Source: Chrysomallon squamiferum (lineage: Eukaryota; Animalia; Mollusca). From it: a stretch of DNA of 64,000 nucleotides. Location of the stretch: contig CM022673.1 in NCBI GenBank assembly GCA_012295275.1, positions 24,056,001-24,120,000 on the forward strand, in the 5' to 3' direction. This document shows positions 23,301 through 36,231 of this stretch, one piece after another; position 1 is the stretch's first letter; each line of letters starts with the position of its first letter. A program made the translations under genes and the position numbers. The notes under the pieces were generated by a model, which was not told where the DNA came from, made no database searches, and saw only the letters and a program-made list of their open reading frames with translations.

Positions 23301-24550
23301 TGTGAGAAATGAAAACAAAAACTGAATTTTCACCTGAAACTGTTCTCTGACATCTGCCATTGATCCCAGCAGGAAGACTTCTCTGGTGGTTTTATCTAGA
23401 GGCTCTGCATCACAGTGGAGTTGGTAGACATCATTCAAATTGTTCATAGTACTGACATGCTTCCACATGTCACTCTGAATTAACACAATTAACAGTGAAA
23501 CTGCAGGATCAAAAGAGACCTCTTTACTCTTCATAATGTTTTTATCTAATTTTTTAACTTTTTTAAATATTATTTTGATATTTAATTTTACATTAATAAT
23601 TATCATACCTCTCTGCCTCATACCCCTAAGCCAATCTACTATTCATGCTGTTTTTTACATTCATTCATTTGGTTGAGCAACTTACCGACTCACTCTGCCA
23701 TCTTTGTTTCTCTTTATACTCTCTCACTTCCTTTCTCTTGCTGTCATTAGAACTTGCCATGTACAACATGCGCTGAAATGTTGTCAGACCACAAATAGCA
23801 ATATGCAGTGACATTGTATCCAAAAACCTTAGATCAGTACCCTGTAACCAGAAATTTAATATCATTTAGTTCATTATGTATCCCAGAAAGAAATATTTCT
23901 AACTGTCATATCCATGTGTTTCAATTGGGATAACTATTTCTTTTTCTATTTAGTACCAGATTTCTTTTAGAAACATTTATACATCAGCCATTATAATAAT
24001 AGTAGTAAATATTTAAACATACTATCTTTATGATAACCTCTGAAATAAAATTTCATGATCATTAGTAATAATATACCACATGTTTGTCTAATATGTATTT
24101 CTGGCAGATGTGAGTTTTTATGATTAAGAAATTGTTGTTTAACATTGAGAAAACTCACCTGGATGTAGTACTGTTCTTTAACAAATGTCCGATCAAACCC
24201 AACATTATGTCCAACAATAAGCCGCTTCTTCCATTTACCCCCAGGTGGGGCGTTTGTCCCTTTCTTAGTTTCAAGAGGAATAAGATCAGATAACTCCGGC
24301 TGTTTAGACCACCTGAATCGGTCATCTATGACATAATCACTGACCCACGAATACCTGAAAAAGCAAATAAAAATACCCATTATCAAGCATTCTAAAACAT
24401 TATCATTTTATTTTTTAATCTTTTGTAATAACAATTGATTTACACCAACATTTTTATACATATCTGTTGAATGTAAATGATTTAACATTAAATTTGTTTC
24501 CAGTCTTGATTCTTCTGCATATAGCTCCTGATTATGTTACATGAGTATTA

Positions 24551-24586
<36 letters not shown>

Positions 24587-25164
24587 AATTAATAACAGTC
24601 AAAAAACTGACCAATGTTTGTCTGAAGCTGCTGTTGCCATGGTTGGAAAGTCACCTTCTGTAACAAGACATTCAATATCAAAAACCAAAGCCTCATCATC
24701 AGGAAAATTCACAGATTCAGCAGTACCATCTTGGTGGTATTTTGTCCACCCTTTTTCATTGTCCACTGGTCAGGAAGTGGAGGGATACTGGACTGGACAA
24801 GTTTTGTGGCAAGTTTTTTGTAATCTGCTATCTGCTGCTGACCAAGATGAGTAAAATGGTCATCAATGTTCTCTCCAAAAAGTTGTGGTAATTGCAAATC
24901 AACATCTTTCAGTGTTGTAGTCTCTTTGTTCCATAGCCCATGTTTCGTTAGATGAGATTTTATTAATTCTAAATTACTTTTGAAAGTGTTGTCAGAGTTT
25001 TTAAAGATCTGTTGGTGAAGTATTTCAGAAAGCATCTGAATGTTGATTTCGTTTTTACGTTCTGGAGTCGACGATGCCATGAATCGTGTCACTCTGTGAT
25101 GAAGCCATTTTTTCCTACTCCAGGTGCCAAGTAATGACACAGGCAGTGATCTTCTAGGAATCAT
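15949..25164 (-). CDS. POLG: DNA polymerase gamma catalytic subunit (two apparent 1-nt frameshifts and one exon absent in this sequence)
   Basis: About 21 exons carry ExoI (LVFDIE), ExoII ([10 protein letters not shown]), ExoIII (TYCANDV), [14 protein letters not shown], motif A ([14 protein letters not shown]), the start of motif B (GISRDHAK), motif C ([11 protein letters not shown]) and C-terminal DCKTPSNP. Last exon 15949-16071 ([17 protein letters not shown]...). ATG at 25164 begins an Arg/Ser-rich presequence-like N-terminus. A non-coding exon lies at about 25534-25620. Confidence 0.95.
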
Positions 25165-25592
25165 ATTTAATGGCTGCAAATACAAAAATGAATGTAATAA
25201 ATTAAATGAAATGTATGAAATTTGGTAGATTTTTCTACTTTATTGTAATTATGAAGTTCTTTTTAAAGTTCAATATTATAAATTCCAGGACATTATACTA
25301 TAGTTCTATAATTTATAGAAATAACCATTAATGTGTTTGCGTGTGTGTGTGTGTGTGTGTTTGGATAACACGTGATGAAATTATTTAAATGGAACAATGT
25401 TTAGAAACAGCATTAAACTTTTGCTTAAGCATGGAACGATATGAAATATATAACGTCATCAGTTTTTTATTTTTATACAATAACAAAACAAAAAAAATCA
25501 TCAAGTGTTTACGAAAATTTATTAAACTTGTACCTACTACTCTACTAATTGCATTGTAATCAGATCGGCTTCAGCACTCTTTAATATGCCAT

Positions 25593-25960
25593 GTTACCTT
25601 CTAATTTCCTCCTAATACTGCGGCGCTTTTCAAGTCGTTTTTAAAATATAGTCTGAAGCTTTTTATTTTTAAACTGCAATGTAAAAATTATTTATTTCAT
25701 TAACTGTATTGGTTGTTTTCTTAATCTGTGAAAAAAATTGTAAAAGTTTTAACGATTTATTTCAGTATTTCTTATTCATGTTTTGATATTGCGATCACTG
25801 TGACCAATGAATAAGCTCGTTTTATTGAATTGTGTCAAACGAAGAACGCGCGGAAATACGAAGATGGTAACTTCCGTGAGCGTTTTTGTTTTTGTTTTTA
25901 AAAGTTAAAGATAAGAAGTTATTATTAAAGTTATTATTTAGACAACAGTAAATATGTAAG
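25593..25960. promoter_or_regulatory. Bidirectional promoter region between POLG and NCAPH2
   Basis: A CpG-containing patch between divergent first exons, with CCAAT (about 25804), E2F-like GCGCGGAAA (25848-25856), YY1-like AAGATGG and ETS-like CTTCCG. A plus-strand donor GTAAGT lies near 25955. Confidence 0.55.
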
Positions 25961-26505
25961 TACTGTACAAATTATTTACCTTATTTCAGTTTGCCATTAT
26001 TTCAATTTATGGTTGAATATATGATTATTATAATTTATATGCATGTTACTGTTATTTGTTACTCACTTACTGTTACTGTTAGTGTTAGACACCGTATGAC
26101 AACTGACATAAATTATAACGATTAAAATATATTATATTATGTAGAAAATAAATTTTAAATTGCTAACGGGACAATGTGTAACACTGTAACAGCCTGAACT
26201 GGACTAGGTCTGAGGAATCAAAATTATTTCGTGATTTGTATTAAATTAATACTATTAAAAGTATTATGATAATTATCATAATATTTCTAAAATCTTACTA
26301 TTCAGTATTCTCGAATGAACTACTGAATTAGTAAAACGTATGCATTATTCACTCTGTTTTTTGGAGCATATTCATGATATTGTTATTGTTGTTTAATGTT
26401 TTTAGGGGTTTTGCAGACATTTAAATAAATGAATTACGATGATTATCATTATGATGTTTTATATATATAGAAACTGAGTCTACATTATTATTAATCTGAG
26501 TAAAA

Positions 26506-29500
26506 ATGGTGATTGGTAATCAGACGAGAAACGATGCCGAGCAGCGATTTTCTCACTTGCTGCAGCCAATCCGAGATCTGTCCAAGAACTGGGACATTGA
26601 CATTGCTGGCTACCTTGACGAATACCTGGAAGAGGTTGACTTTTAACTTACAAATTATTTTTCTTTGATGTTCCTCTTTATCTCAGATTTAAAAGAATGT
26701 TGTATGCTTTCTGTGATAATAAGAGACTATTACAATCACTAATTAATATGTTGCTAATTAAAAATATTTCATGTAACATAAACTGAATTTTCAATATTAA
26801 ATTTAAAATATGAATCAAATAAAGTGTACGTTCATGTTTCTTTATTATTATTTTTTTTTTTTTACTTGTTGTTGATACAAAATTGTTTTTTAATATATTA
26901 ATAATAATGTTTTGAAATATTTTTAGTTGGAATCTGTTGCCATTACATTTGATGGAGGAGCAACTACTATGAATTTTGCTGAGGCTGCACTTTTAATACA
27001 GGGATCAGCTTGTGTCTACAGTCGAAAAGTGAATAAAAAATTGTTTTCTGTGATGTTATCGTTTGATTAAGAACTATTCTTTTATTATTATTATTATTAT
27101 TATTATAAAGACATTTTTCTGTATGGATTTCAGAAAATGTAGGAATCATTACTAAATATTATTGATCATCTTGTGATTATAACCACTAATGGAAATGCAG
27201 ATTTCTATTCTAGTCACAATTCAAAACTAATTTATCAAAACTTAGTTGAGTATCTTAGACATCATGAGAGAAAAAAACATTTTAAGTTCTGTCAGCTAAC
27301 TGTTAATAACCTGAGATGTTGAGATAAAAGTGGAAATTCATTCAGCAAGGTATACTGTCGTTTACAGTTTGACAACAAAGTGTGTATTTTTACAATGTTT
27401 TATTCTTGCTTCAGGTAGAATTTCTTTGTACATTAGTCTACCAAGTTCTAGATCTTCTGACTAATAAGAAGTAAGTAATTTAAATATACTCTATTAAACT
27501 TTGTTTTCTTCATAATTTCAGCTTTAAATTATCTATATTTAAAAGAGTTTCAGGTGTAAGTTAAAACAGATTCATCATTTCACAGATTTTGGAATCAAAA
27601 TATTTTACAATAGATATGTTACATAGATAAATATTTGACTAAAATGGTTTAGCAGTCATCAGTAACGTTTCCAACAAAAACTATGTACATGCCATGTAGA
27701 AAATATGTAATTCAAAACTGCATTTCATTTGAAACTGTTATTGTCTTATTGTTTTTTACTTTAGCTCCAAGAAGGTGACTTCTGTAGATGAAAATGGCAA
27801 TGACACTGATGCTGATGTTCATGATGATGAAGATGAGCAGGTGATTTACATTTTGTCTGACAGAGATAAAAATAATTATTTACCATTTTCAGTTATTTTA
27901 AATGAGCAGTTCTGCAGACAAGAACTTTAAGTAACTTTTAGAATTATTATTTTTTTATTACCATTCTTATTATTATTTTTATTCTACTCTCTTTTATTAA
28001 ACTTGAACTGTTTTTAAGTTTTGAATATTTTATTTTTATAATTATTATTATTATTATTTTTATTTCAAGCAGTAGAATAAATTTGGATGCATTTGTCCCC
28101 AAAATTGATGTTTAATCAATATTTTGGTAATTACATAAAAATAAAAGTATATCATCTATATGTTAAATTTAAAGAACAGAGACATAAATATTGTTTTTAT
28201 TTTCAGTTTCTGTCATTGGATGATATTGTAAAACCAGGAAATGTAAACATGAAGGAAGGAGAAGGTGCAGCAAATAAGGTACCAATTTTGTTTTTATTTA
28301 TATTCAGTTTTATTTTTAATTAGTTTTTGTTACGAGTTAATATTTATTTTTTTAGTAACATTTTCATTTATTTTACAAAAGATGAATGTAGACTGTAGGA
28401 GATGTAAGTAGAAACAAATGGCTTAAAAACCTACAGTTTCAAATTAATGTGTATATTTTTTCATTTGTTTCAAATTACTCCACAAAAGAAAAATTTGTAG
28501 ATTATTTAATTAAAAAATATAACTCTCAAAACAATGTGATTAATAAAGACCAGAAATGCCTTTTTTTATAAATAAATATATAAGGCAGTATGTGGTATTA
28601 TAATTAAACATTGTTGGTACAAATTATTTATGTAACAAGAATACTGCTAGATGTAATCTGTAAGTGTAATGGGCTAGTTGTTAAATATTTAATTTCAGAG
28701 TATTCATCCAGTACCAAGAACACCATTGTCTTTAGTGGTTATGGACGAAGGAACAAAGGGGGAGAATCCATTACTCAGGTAGATAGCAAGAGATTTGACA
28801 TTTGTTCATAGAATCTACCATAGTTTTCTAATACCATGATTATATTTAGGAACAGCACTTTGATTACCGATAATTTTCATTATAGAATTAATTTTATTGT
28901 TGGAAATAATTAATTAAACATTTTAATAACAAAATCAAACACTGCATGTACAAGAGATATTTAAAAATATTAATACAGATTAAAATACTGTATATAAAAG
29001 TCATAGTAAATTTTGTTTTCTTCATAAAAGTGGTTCATTAAACTTACATGGTAATGTCCAAAAAGAAAGAGTTTCTAATAAGTTTTATGTTTATAATCAG
29101 GAAACTGATGTATGTAGACTGGCATAAAATATTACTTTTAGCTGAGTATTATTCCAATAACAGAGTTCTGCATGTGATGTGCATTTATTGTTTATTAATT
29201 TTGTGATGTTTTATATTTTAGTAAAAGTGGAGAGGTGTTGGCAAGTCGAAATGATTTCAAGATGAACACCTGTTATGTTCACCCATCAGGATCAATCTTA
29301 CTTGACTCCGCCCACACAGAGCTTCTGGAGCTGTCACTCAAACTGTTAGCATCATCAACACCATACACGTCAGTTCCTGGTTAGTGTGTTGTCACAACAT
29401 AACGAAATCCCAAATTCAGCTTAAAATATACAACATTGACATTTTCACTTACATAATTGAATGGGGCTGAACCCATATCATAGAGACATTTTCTTAAGAA

Positions 29501-32500
29501 AAAGTGATTGGTTCTTATTGTTTTGATTTTCCTTGTTATTTGAGTCTTTTTTTTTTAATGTGTATTTTGTTTAGCTGAGAAGAAAATGGGAGTCTGTGTG
29601 GAGGATGACAATATCGACCTTGCACCTGTTGACTGTCAGGAAGCAGATATGTCAGGTACACTCCTTTGTTTTTACATTTCACAGAAATGTCAGATCCCTC
29701 AACTTTCAAATCATTTTAAAAATGAGATGCTCATCATTGATAAAGTTACTGTTTCAGTTAGTTAATCAGATTTTTTATTTTGCATTTCTATACAAGAAAC
29801 AATAGAGAAAAACAAAGTGTTAGCCTCAGTGCAATTTCTATGTCTTTCTTATTCTTCTACTTTATAATTAACAAAGTTTGGTGTTGACTGATAAAATATT
29901 GGCTTATAATAAAAGTATGTAAGATTTGCATAGGGTATTGAAATCAGTCTAAATAAATATATTTCTGTTGGTGACTTAAAACTACTGATTTCAGCAGACA
30001 ATTGTGGATATGAAGACTTGCAGACAGAAGAGACTGACAACCACATTAAAGATTTTAACAAAGTAGGTATATTTTTATATTTATCACTAAATAAAATAAT
30101 GTATTAATAAACTCATCAGCAGTTTATCTTTTATTATTATAAATAGATCATATAGAGAGCTGAATCTTAATCCATGCCCTGACAGCCTGATTTGCTCTCT
30201 GACAAATCTGACAGTGACCTTTGGGAAACCTTTAAAAATCACCTTAATACAGTTTTTGTGGATAGCACTTAAATGTAATAATTGTTATAAAAATGTGGTG
30301 TTATATGCTGTTTTGGTTCATTTGAAATACTCCAAACATAAAAATGACTGACATTCTTATTTAAAACATTTTGGTAAATTGTCTTTAATTTGTGTTTTAT
30401 TTTTTATTTTCCCAGAAAGAAGAAGAAGAAGTAATTGTTAGAAAATCTGAAAGAAGAAGAGTTCAACTAATTCCTCCTAAACCAGTAAGATTATTTATTT
30501 ATTCATTCATACATTCATTTATTCATTTACTTACTTACTTGATTCTTTATTTTGTTTGTTTATTTATTATTTGCTTTTTTACTTACTTGTTTATTTGTTT
30601 ATTTTGTTTATTTATTTACTTATTTACCTGTTTGTTTGTTTGTTTGTTTTATTTACTTACTACTTTTGTTTATTTAGGTGGTTGATCCCTGGAACAAATG
30701 TGACCCTCATGACTTTGATGATAAACCTGTACGACCATTCAAGAAAGGTAAACAAAAATGTCAAAATAGAGTTGTATTAGGAACACTGCCATGATATTTA
30801 TTTACAGACACTGTTTTCATATTCCAAACTTTGATGCTTTAACATACTGTAGCCATTTAATTCATTCATTTTCAAAATACAAAGGACATGACATTTTTAA
30901 GGTCATTTGAAAATGTTTAATGGTGTCCGATTTAAAAAGATGAACATTTTATTTAACTATTTCTTTACCATTTTAACCTTAAATTGTTTCAGGTAGAGTT
31001 CTAAAAATAGACTCAGTAACCCGAAAAAAAAGAAAAAGAAATTCAAAAATCAAAGAAACACCTGATGTTCCAGTTTCAAAGTTTATTGCTGAAGCAAGTA
31101 AGTATCTGAAATAAAATGTTCTGCAGACACAAATGATTCTCATTCTATTTAAGGTCTGCTGCACAAATGAACATTTCTTCTAAAATGAAAGTAGAAAGAA
31201 AGCCACTTAGAAAATCACAGTGTCTAAAATCCCTGATCTATATCTCTTTTCCAAATATTAATAAAGACAAAGAATCCACCTACTTTTTTATCACTGGTAA
31301 AATCAAATCATTTCCAATTGTTGGAAATACTTCTTTTAGTCATCAGTTTCTCTTTAAAAAAAAAAAAATAATAATGACCTTCCATCACAATAACTATACA
31401 TTTTATGATTATTTTATTGTGATTGTCATTTTTTATATTTTATTTATTTGTTTTAATTATTATTTATATTTTTTTATTTGTTTTAGTTTATTTATTTTTT
31501 TTTTTTTTTTTTTTGTACAGTATATTATCAGAGTTTGAAGGGTTTACAGAAAATCAAAATGTCTTTGTATCCTGAGCTGGAACGCTTTGTACTGGACTGA
31601 AATGAAAAGACGACAATCTGAATTTGAGAAGGAGAAAACACTGATGGTCAAAACTATTAATTTTTTCTTTTGTATGAGCTACCTTAATATTGGTCTTGCA
31701 AAGCAGTAGCTGAAGATTAATTTTTTCAAAAACAAATATCTGTATGAAGTTGGTATTGGCTATCAAACTGATCTTATCATTTATTTGAATAATGGTTTGT
31801 TATATGTTTGATCATATATAATATAATATATTCTTTATTAAAACAGGTGTTTTGTTCTAAATATTTTGTTTAAACATGGATATCTTTGTTTCATGCTAAG
31901 TTTGTCATTAATATAACAACTAGTTTTTTTGAAATCTTAATCATTTATTTTATTCTGATTTTTAAGATGTGATTGTTCATACATAGATGTTTTATTCTTT
32001 TTCTCTCAGATTTCTCGAGGTTTAGAAGCAGAAAATGAAGAAGAAGAAGAAATAGAAACTTTCATAGGAGAGAATGAACCAGTCACTGCAGGTACCAATT
32101 TGTATAGTTTCTTTTTTAAATTTATCAAACCAAATTTTTATATAACCTCTGAATCTGCCCCAGAATGCTGCCCAAGACATGCTTGCTTGAACATCTCTGA
32201 CCAAAGTAATGCCAAAAATAAGTAAACTACCAATAACAGAATAACAGAACAATAAAAACAAACATTTTACTTACTAAATTTAAGAAACAGACACAAATCA
32301 TTAATCGGCCAAATCTAGTCCTGTCCAGAAATGTTCATTTGATAATATAATATTATTATACAGGGTGTCCCAAAAGTAACCGAACCACAGACTTAAATAA
32401 ATCAGATATATAAAATAACAAATTTAATTCCATCTTTTATGTCATTTTATGTTTTCTTTTGTACTATTCATTTACTTCTGTCAATAGTAGTCTTTGGAAT

Positions 32501-34059
32501 GATTTTTGTTACCTGATTGTAATGTTCTTCGTGATCGAGACTTCTGTTTTAGCACGCGCTACTGGACTCTCCATGGTTTGACTTGAAATGGTACCCTCAC
32601 TCTTAAAAATGGAGCAAAGAACTTTTTATTTAAACGAACATATCTTTGTTATTAAGAATTACTATGCAATGACTAGCTACAAGCATGTTGAAGAAAGATG
32701 GGAAGTAAACTCTAGAACACCTGTACCAAGTAAATCGACAATGTTCAATCTTGTATCCAAATTTGAAGTAACTGGAAGTATGTCAAATGCTCCTGAAAAA
32801 GGTCGTCCAAAAACAGTGGTTGTATTGAAGTTCAAGGTAGACATTTTGAACATCTGTAAATACTAAATATACAGATTAAATTTGTTGTTTTTAATATCTA
32901 ATTTTATTTAAGTTTGCGGTTCGGTTACTTTTGGGACACCCTGTAGAGATTGTAAAAGTGCTGTTAATATTAAAATTTCTATATTTAGGTTTATTTGTCG
33001 ATGATGATGATGCTGTTGACGATATAGGTCTCCAGTCTGATCATAACCTCCTGTATCCAGAAAATCGAACCTCTGATACATGCAGAGGGAGAACCTCAAG
33101 GTAAGTACATTGTGAAAATAGTGATTGCAAGTAATTATCTCCCTTTTTTATTTAGCAAAATACAGGATAGTTGTCTTCAGAATTAAAATTTGTGTTTTGT
33201 TATCTGTTCTAATATTATTATTTCAGATGACATTGAGTTTGAAAAAGATGTGCTTGTTAACAGTTATGAAGATCTTGTGAGAAAACATGTGGTATGTAAC
33301 ATAACAAAACCTGCTCTCATTATTATATATTTTCTGCACTAAAGTTTTGGACAGATTTTTATGCCTGAATATTAAGCAAATATGAACATTCATATAAATA
33401 ACCAAGTCACACTTCAGTGATTCATCTTTTCACAAACACTGAAGATGGGAACACCAAATTCATTTACAAATATCATTCCACTCATTAAATACTAGGCCAC
33501 TGTATTAATATCATTTAATGTCATGGGTTTTAAATTAATAATCAATTTAGCTACACTCATAAATAAAAAAGATGTTTTATTTATACCTTTTACATATAAA
33601 TGTACTTTTTTGCACCTAGGACTATTTCTGAAGATAAAGTCATAATTTTTATACAGTAAATAGAAAACATTTATTTTATACACAGAATTGTCAGTTTTCA
33701 TAAACCAAAAATCAACAGTCTTTCCTATAAAGGTACTTTGTGAGTTCATTTTAAAATTTATACTTAATATTTTAGTTTTGGCCTGTGGAGTTACAATGTA
33801 GGATAGAGTGAGTTAAAGTATTTTGAAAGATCAATTTGTTTTGCAGGAGGCATACATGGTTGGTGCACAGGAGTATGCTCAGATTACTGAAGTCTCTCAG
33901 AGAGTTGCAGAATGGGAAGAGAAAATTTTGCCAAAACTACGTCAAGAGGTGAATTTTTCTTTTATGTTTTAAACAGGAATAAGCAAAATCACTTCTTTTA
34001 GTCGAGAGTTGGAACATGGCATTAATGTACTCCATTCATTAGCATGGAACATTGTGTAT

Positions 34060-34101
<42 letters not shown>

Positions 34102-35021
34102 TGAAGTATTATGTCTATACAATATTAATTACTTAAATACAGGTTCTGACAAATATTTAAAACATTTACCTAATTTTAAATATGCATTTTAATACACATA
34201 ATGAGCCAAAAAATCAGAAAGTCTGATTTAATTTTCTTTTTAAGCAGTCTTATTTTTTTTAAATGTCTTTTCACAAATGTGTGTTTTTATTTTTATTTTT
34301 CCATCAGGAATCCCGTGAACCATTTGATATTCACAAATATGGCACAAGAGTGATTGAAAATTTAAAAATGAATTCAAAAATTCCCTTTAAGAACATAGTA
34401 CATGGTTGTCAGAAATTTGAAATCTGTCGATTGTTCTTGGCAACATTACAGTTGGTAAGCAGTTTAATTTTCAGTAGATAAATAAACTAAAATCTGATTA
34501 GATTTTAATTTGAACCAAGTTATTTTCACTTTAATTCATAATTTCATTACATATATTTTTAATTACATTTTATCTTTTCACAAGGAAATAACAAACTAAA
34601 ACAGATATCCTGCTGCTCAAATTATTTCCTCATTTTACAAACACAATAGAGAGCTATATTTATATATATATATATATTTTTTTTTTGTAGTGATTTTGTT
34701 TGAAGTTTCAGTTTCATAAAAATCTTTAACTGTTTTGGGATATAGTTGGGTTTTTCTGATCTGATGTTTGGTTTATTTTTAGTTTTCATAACTTAGAATG
34801 TAGAAACTGTAGAAAGATTTAACTATCCTTTCTCTCTCTCAGATATTATAAATATTAAGATATACAAAATAGTTTTATATATGCAGGCAAATGTTGGCAA
34901 TGTGTTGATATTGTGTGATGGTGTTCTGGAAGAAGGAATGGACAGCATGATGCTGGAACTGTTGACAAAGAAACGGCACCATGAGGAACTAGCAGATTAC
35001 CAAGCACCATCTATGAAATGA
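26506..35021 (+). CDS. NCAPH2: Condensin-2 complex subunit H2 (about 19 coding exons; at least one apparent frameshift)
   Basis: N-terminal [30 protein letters not shown] and [24 protein letters not shown]; middle [13 protein letters not shown] and [14 protein letters not shown]; C-terminal [31 protein letters not shown] and [18 protein letters not shown]. Stop TGA at 35019-35021. Confidence 0.95.
32361..32943 (+). mobile_element. Non-autonomous, internally deleted Tc1/mariner DNA transposon (583 bp) in an NCAPH2 intron
   Basis: TIRs CAGGGTGTCCCAAAAGTAACCGAACC(A/G)CA(G/A)ACTTAAATAAA have 2 mismatches in 41 bp and are flanked by TA on both sides. Internal ORF 32588-32866 resembles a transposase N-terminal HTH ([18 protein letters not shown]...GRPKT). 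No DDE/D domain. Confidence 0.93.
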
Positions 35022-35649
35022 AACATGTCACTGTTCTGTGACAAACTAATATGTTACCTGTAATGCTTACACATACACTTTCAACACATTCTAAAACATA
35101 CTCATTTTATAAATTAAACTTTTTAATAGCAGTTTCTTAACGTTTTCATTTTATTAATCTTGTTTTAGTGTCTGCAATTAATGTAAATATATTCTGCTGA
35201 AAATTTAAATATTTTTTTAATCTAACTTAGATTCTAAGTTGTGGTTTTAGGAACAGTAATAAATTTATTGGAAAGTGACTTTTAACTTGTTTTTAACATC
35301 TGTTGGAGACGTTAAATGTAAAGAATATTTATCAATAACTTTAAATTATGTTATGTTTTAAATTAACAATATGGTGTAGGAAAATGTGTTGTTAAAGGTA
35401 ATATAGTTTATATGAGATTGTTATGTGTACATCTGAAATCGGTTATTTATATTATACTTAAGTAATTTTACTGGTTTATGAAAATTCTTAAAAACCAAAA
35501 TCAATATATAAAAACAAACAATAAGAAAATAGAACATTGTTTATTTCTTATTTAGGAATAACATTTACATATTTCAAAATCAACTCTGAAACCAAAGGTT
35601 TCTCATTATGCTAGCACTTATATATAAAAATAAATAAATTGTACAGTAT

Positions 35650-35800
35650 ATATAGAGCTGAGTAAAGCTTGCTGCTGCCTTGTACAAGTAGATTGGATAT
35701 CAAGCAGCAAGAGAGATTTTATGTGCTTTATTTTTTTTTGGTCAGAACAGCACATGCCACTGCATTTGATTTTCCAGTTGTGGAGCACTGGCTGGAATTT
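35650..35800. mobile_element. Degenerate fragment of a SINE-like gastropod repeat between the NCAPH2 and PPP1R15 3' ends
   Basis: 'agcagcaag...tttatgtgc...cagcacatgccac...ccagttgtggagcactggctggaa' resembles an abundant gastropod repeat (from recall). A weaker reverse-complement copy may lie near 56688-56720. Confidence 0.4.
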
Positions 35801-36231
35801 TAAATTAGTCTGTTAAAACAAACATGATGATACATGAAGATAAATCTTATAAAATGACTTTTCAAATATTATGTTGTATTGCAGTATGATATGTATGTTT
35901 TACTAAATTAACTTTGTTATTAGAAGGCACTTAGAATGTAAATCTGAGTACTTCAAACCTGTTTAAAATAACTATAATATTTGTTACCTGCCGACATTAT
36001 TATATATTTCAAAATGAATTTAAAACATTACTTTGTTTTCTTATTATTTCCATTTCTAATTTGCTAAAATAAAAAAGTTATTTTTAAACTGATTACTGAC
36101 TTTTAAGATCTGCTAAATGTGTAGATATTCAGATCTACATTTACATGAAATATTTTTAATGCAACAAACATTAAAGATAAATTTTCAAAATACTAAGAGA
36201 CAAAAAAATCTCAGAGAGTAACAAATGTAGT

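Noticed and set aside
31598-31600. In-frame TGA in NCAPH2 as selenocysteine or readthrough
   Set aside because: Homology continues in a different frame (YWTEMK), so it reflects a frameshift rather than stop recoding.
35668-35712. Inverted repeat CTTGCTGCT...AGCAGCAAG as a SECIS or other structured RNA
   Set aside because: No SECIS core, no in-frame UGA in the neighbouring gene ends, and it falls within a probable repeat remnant.
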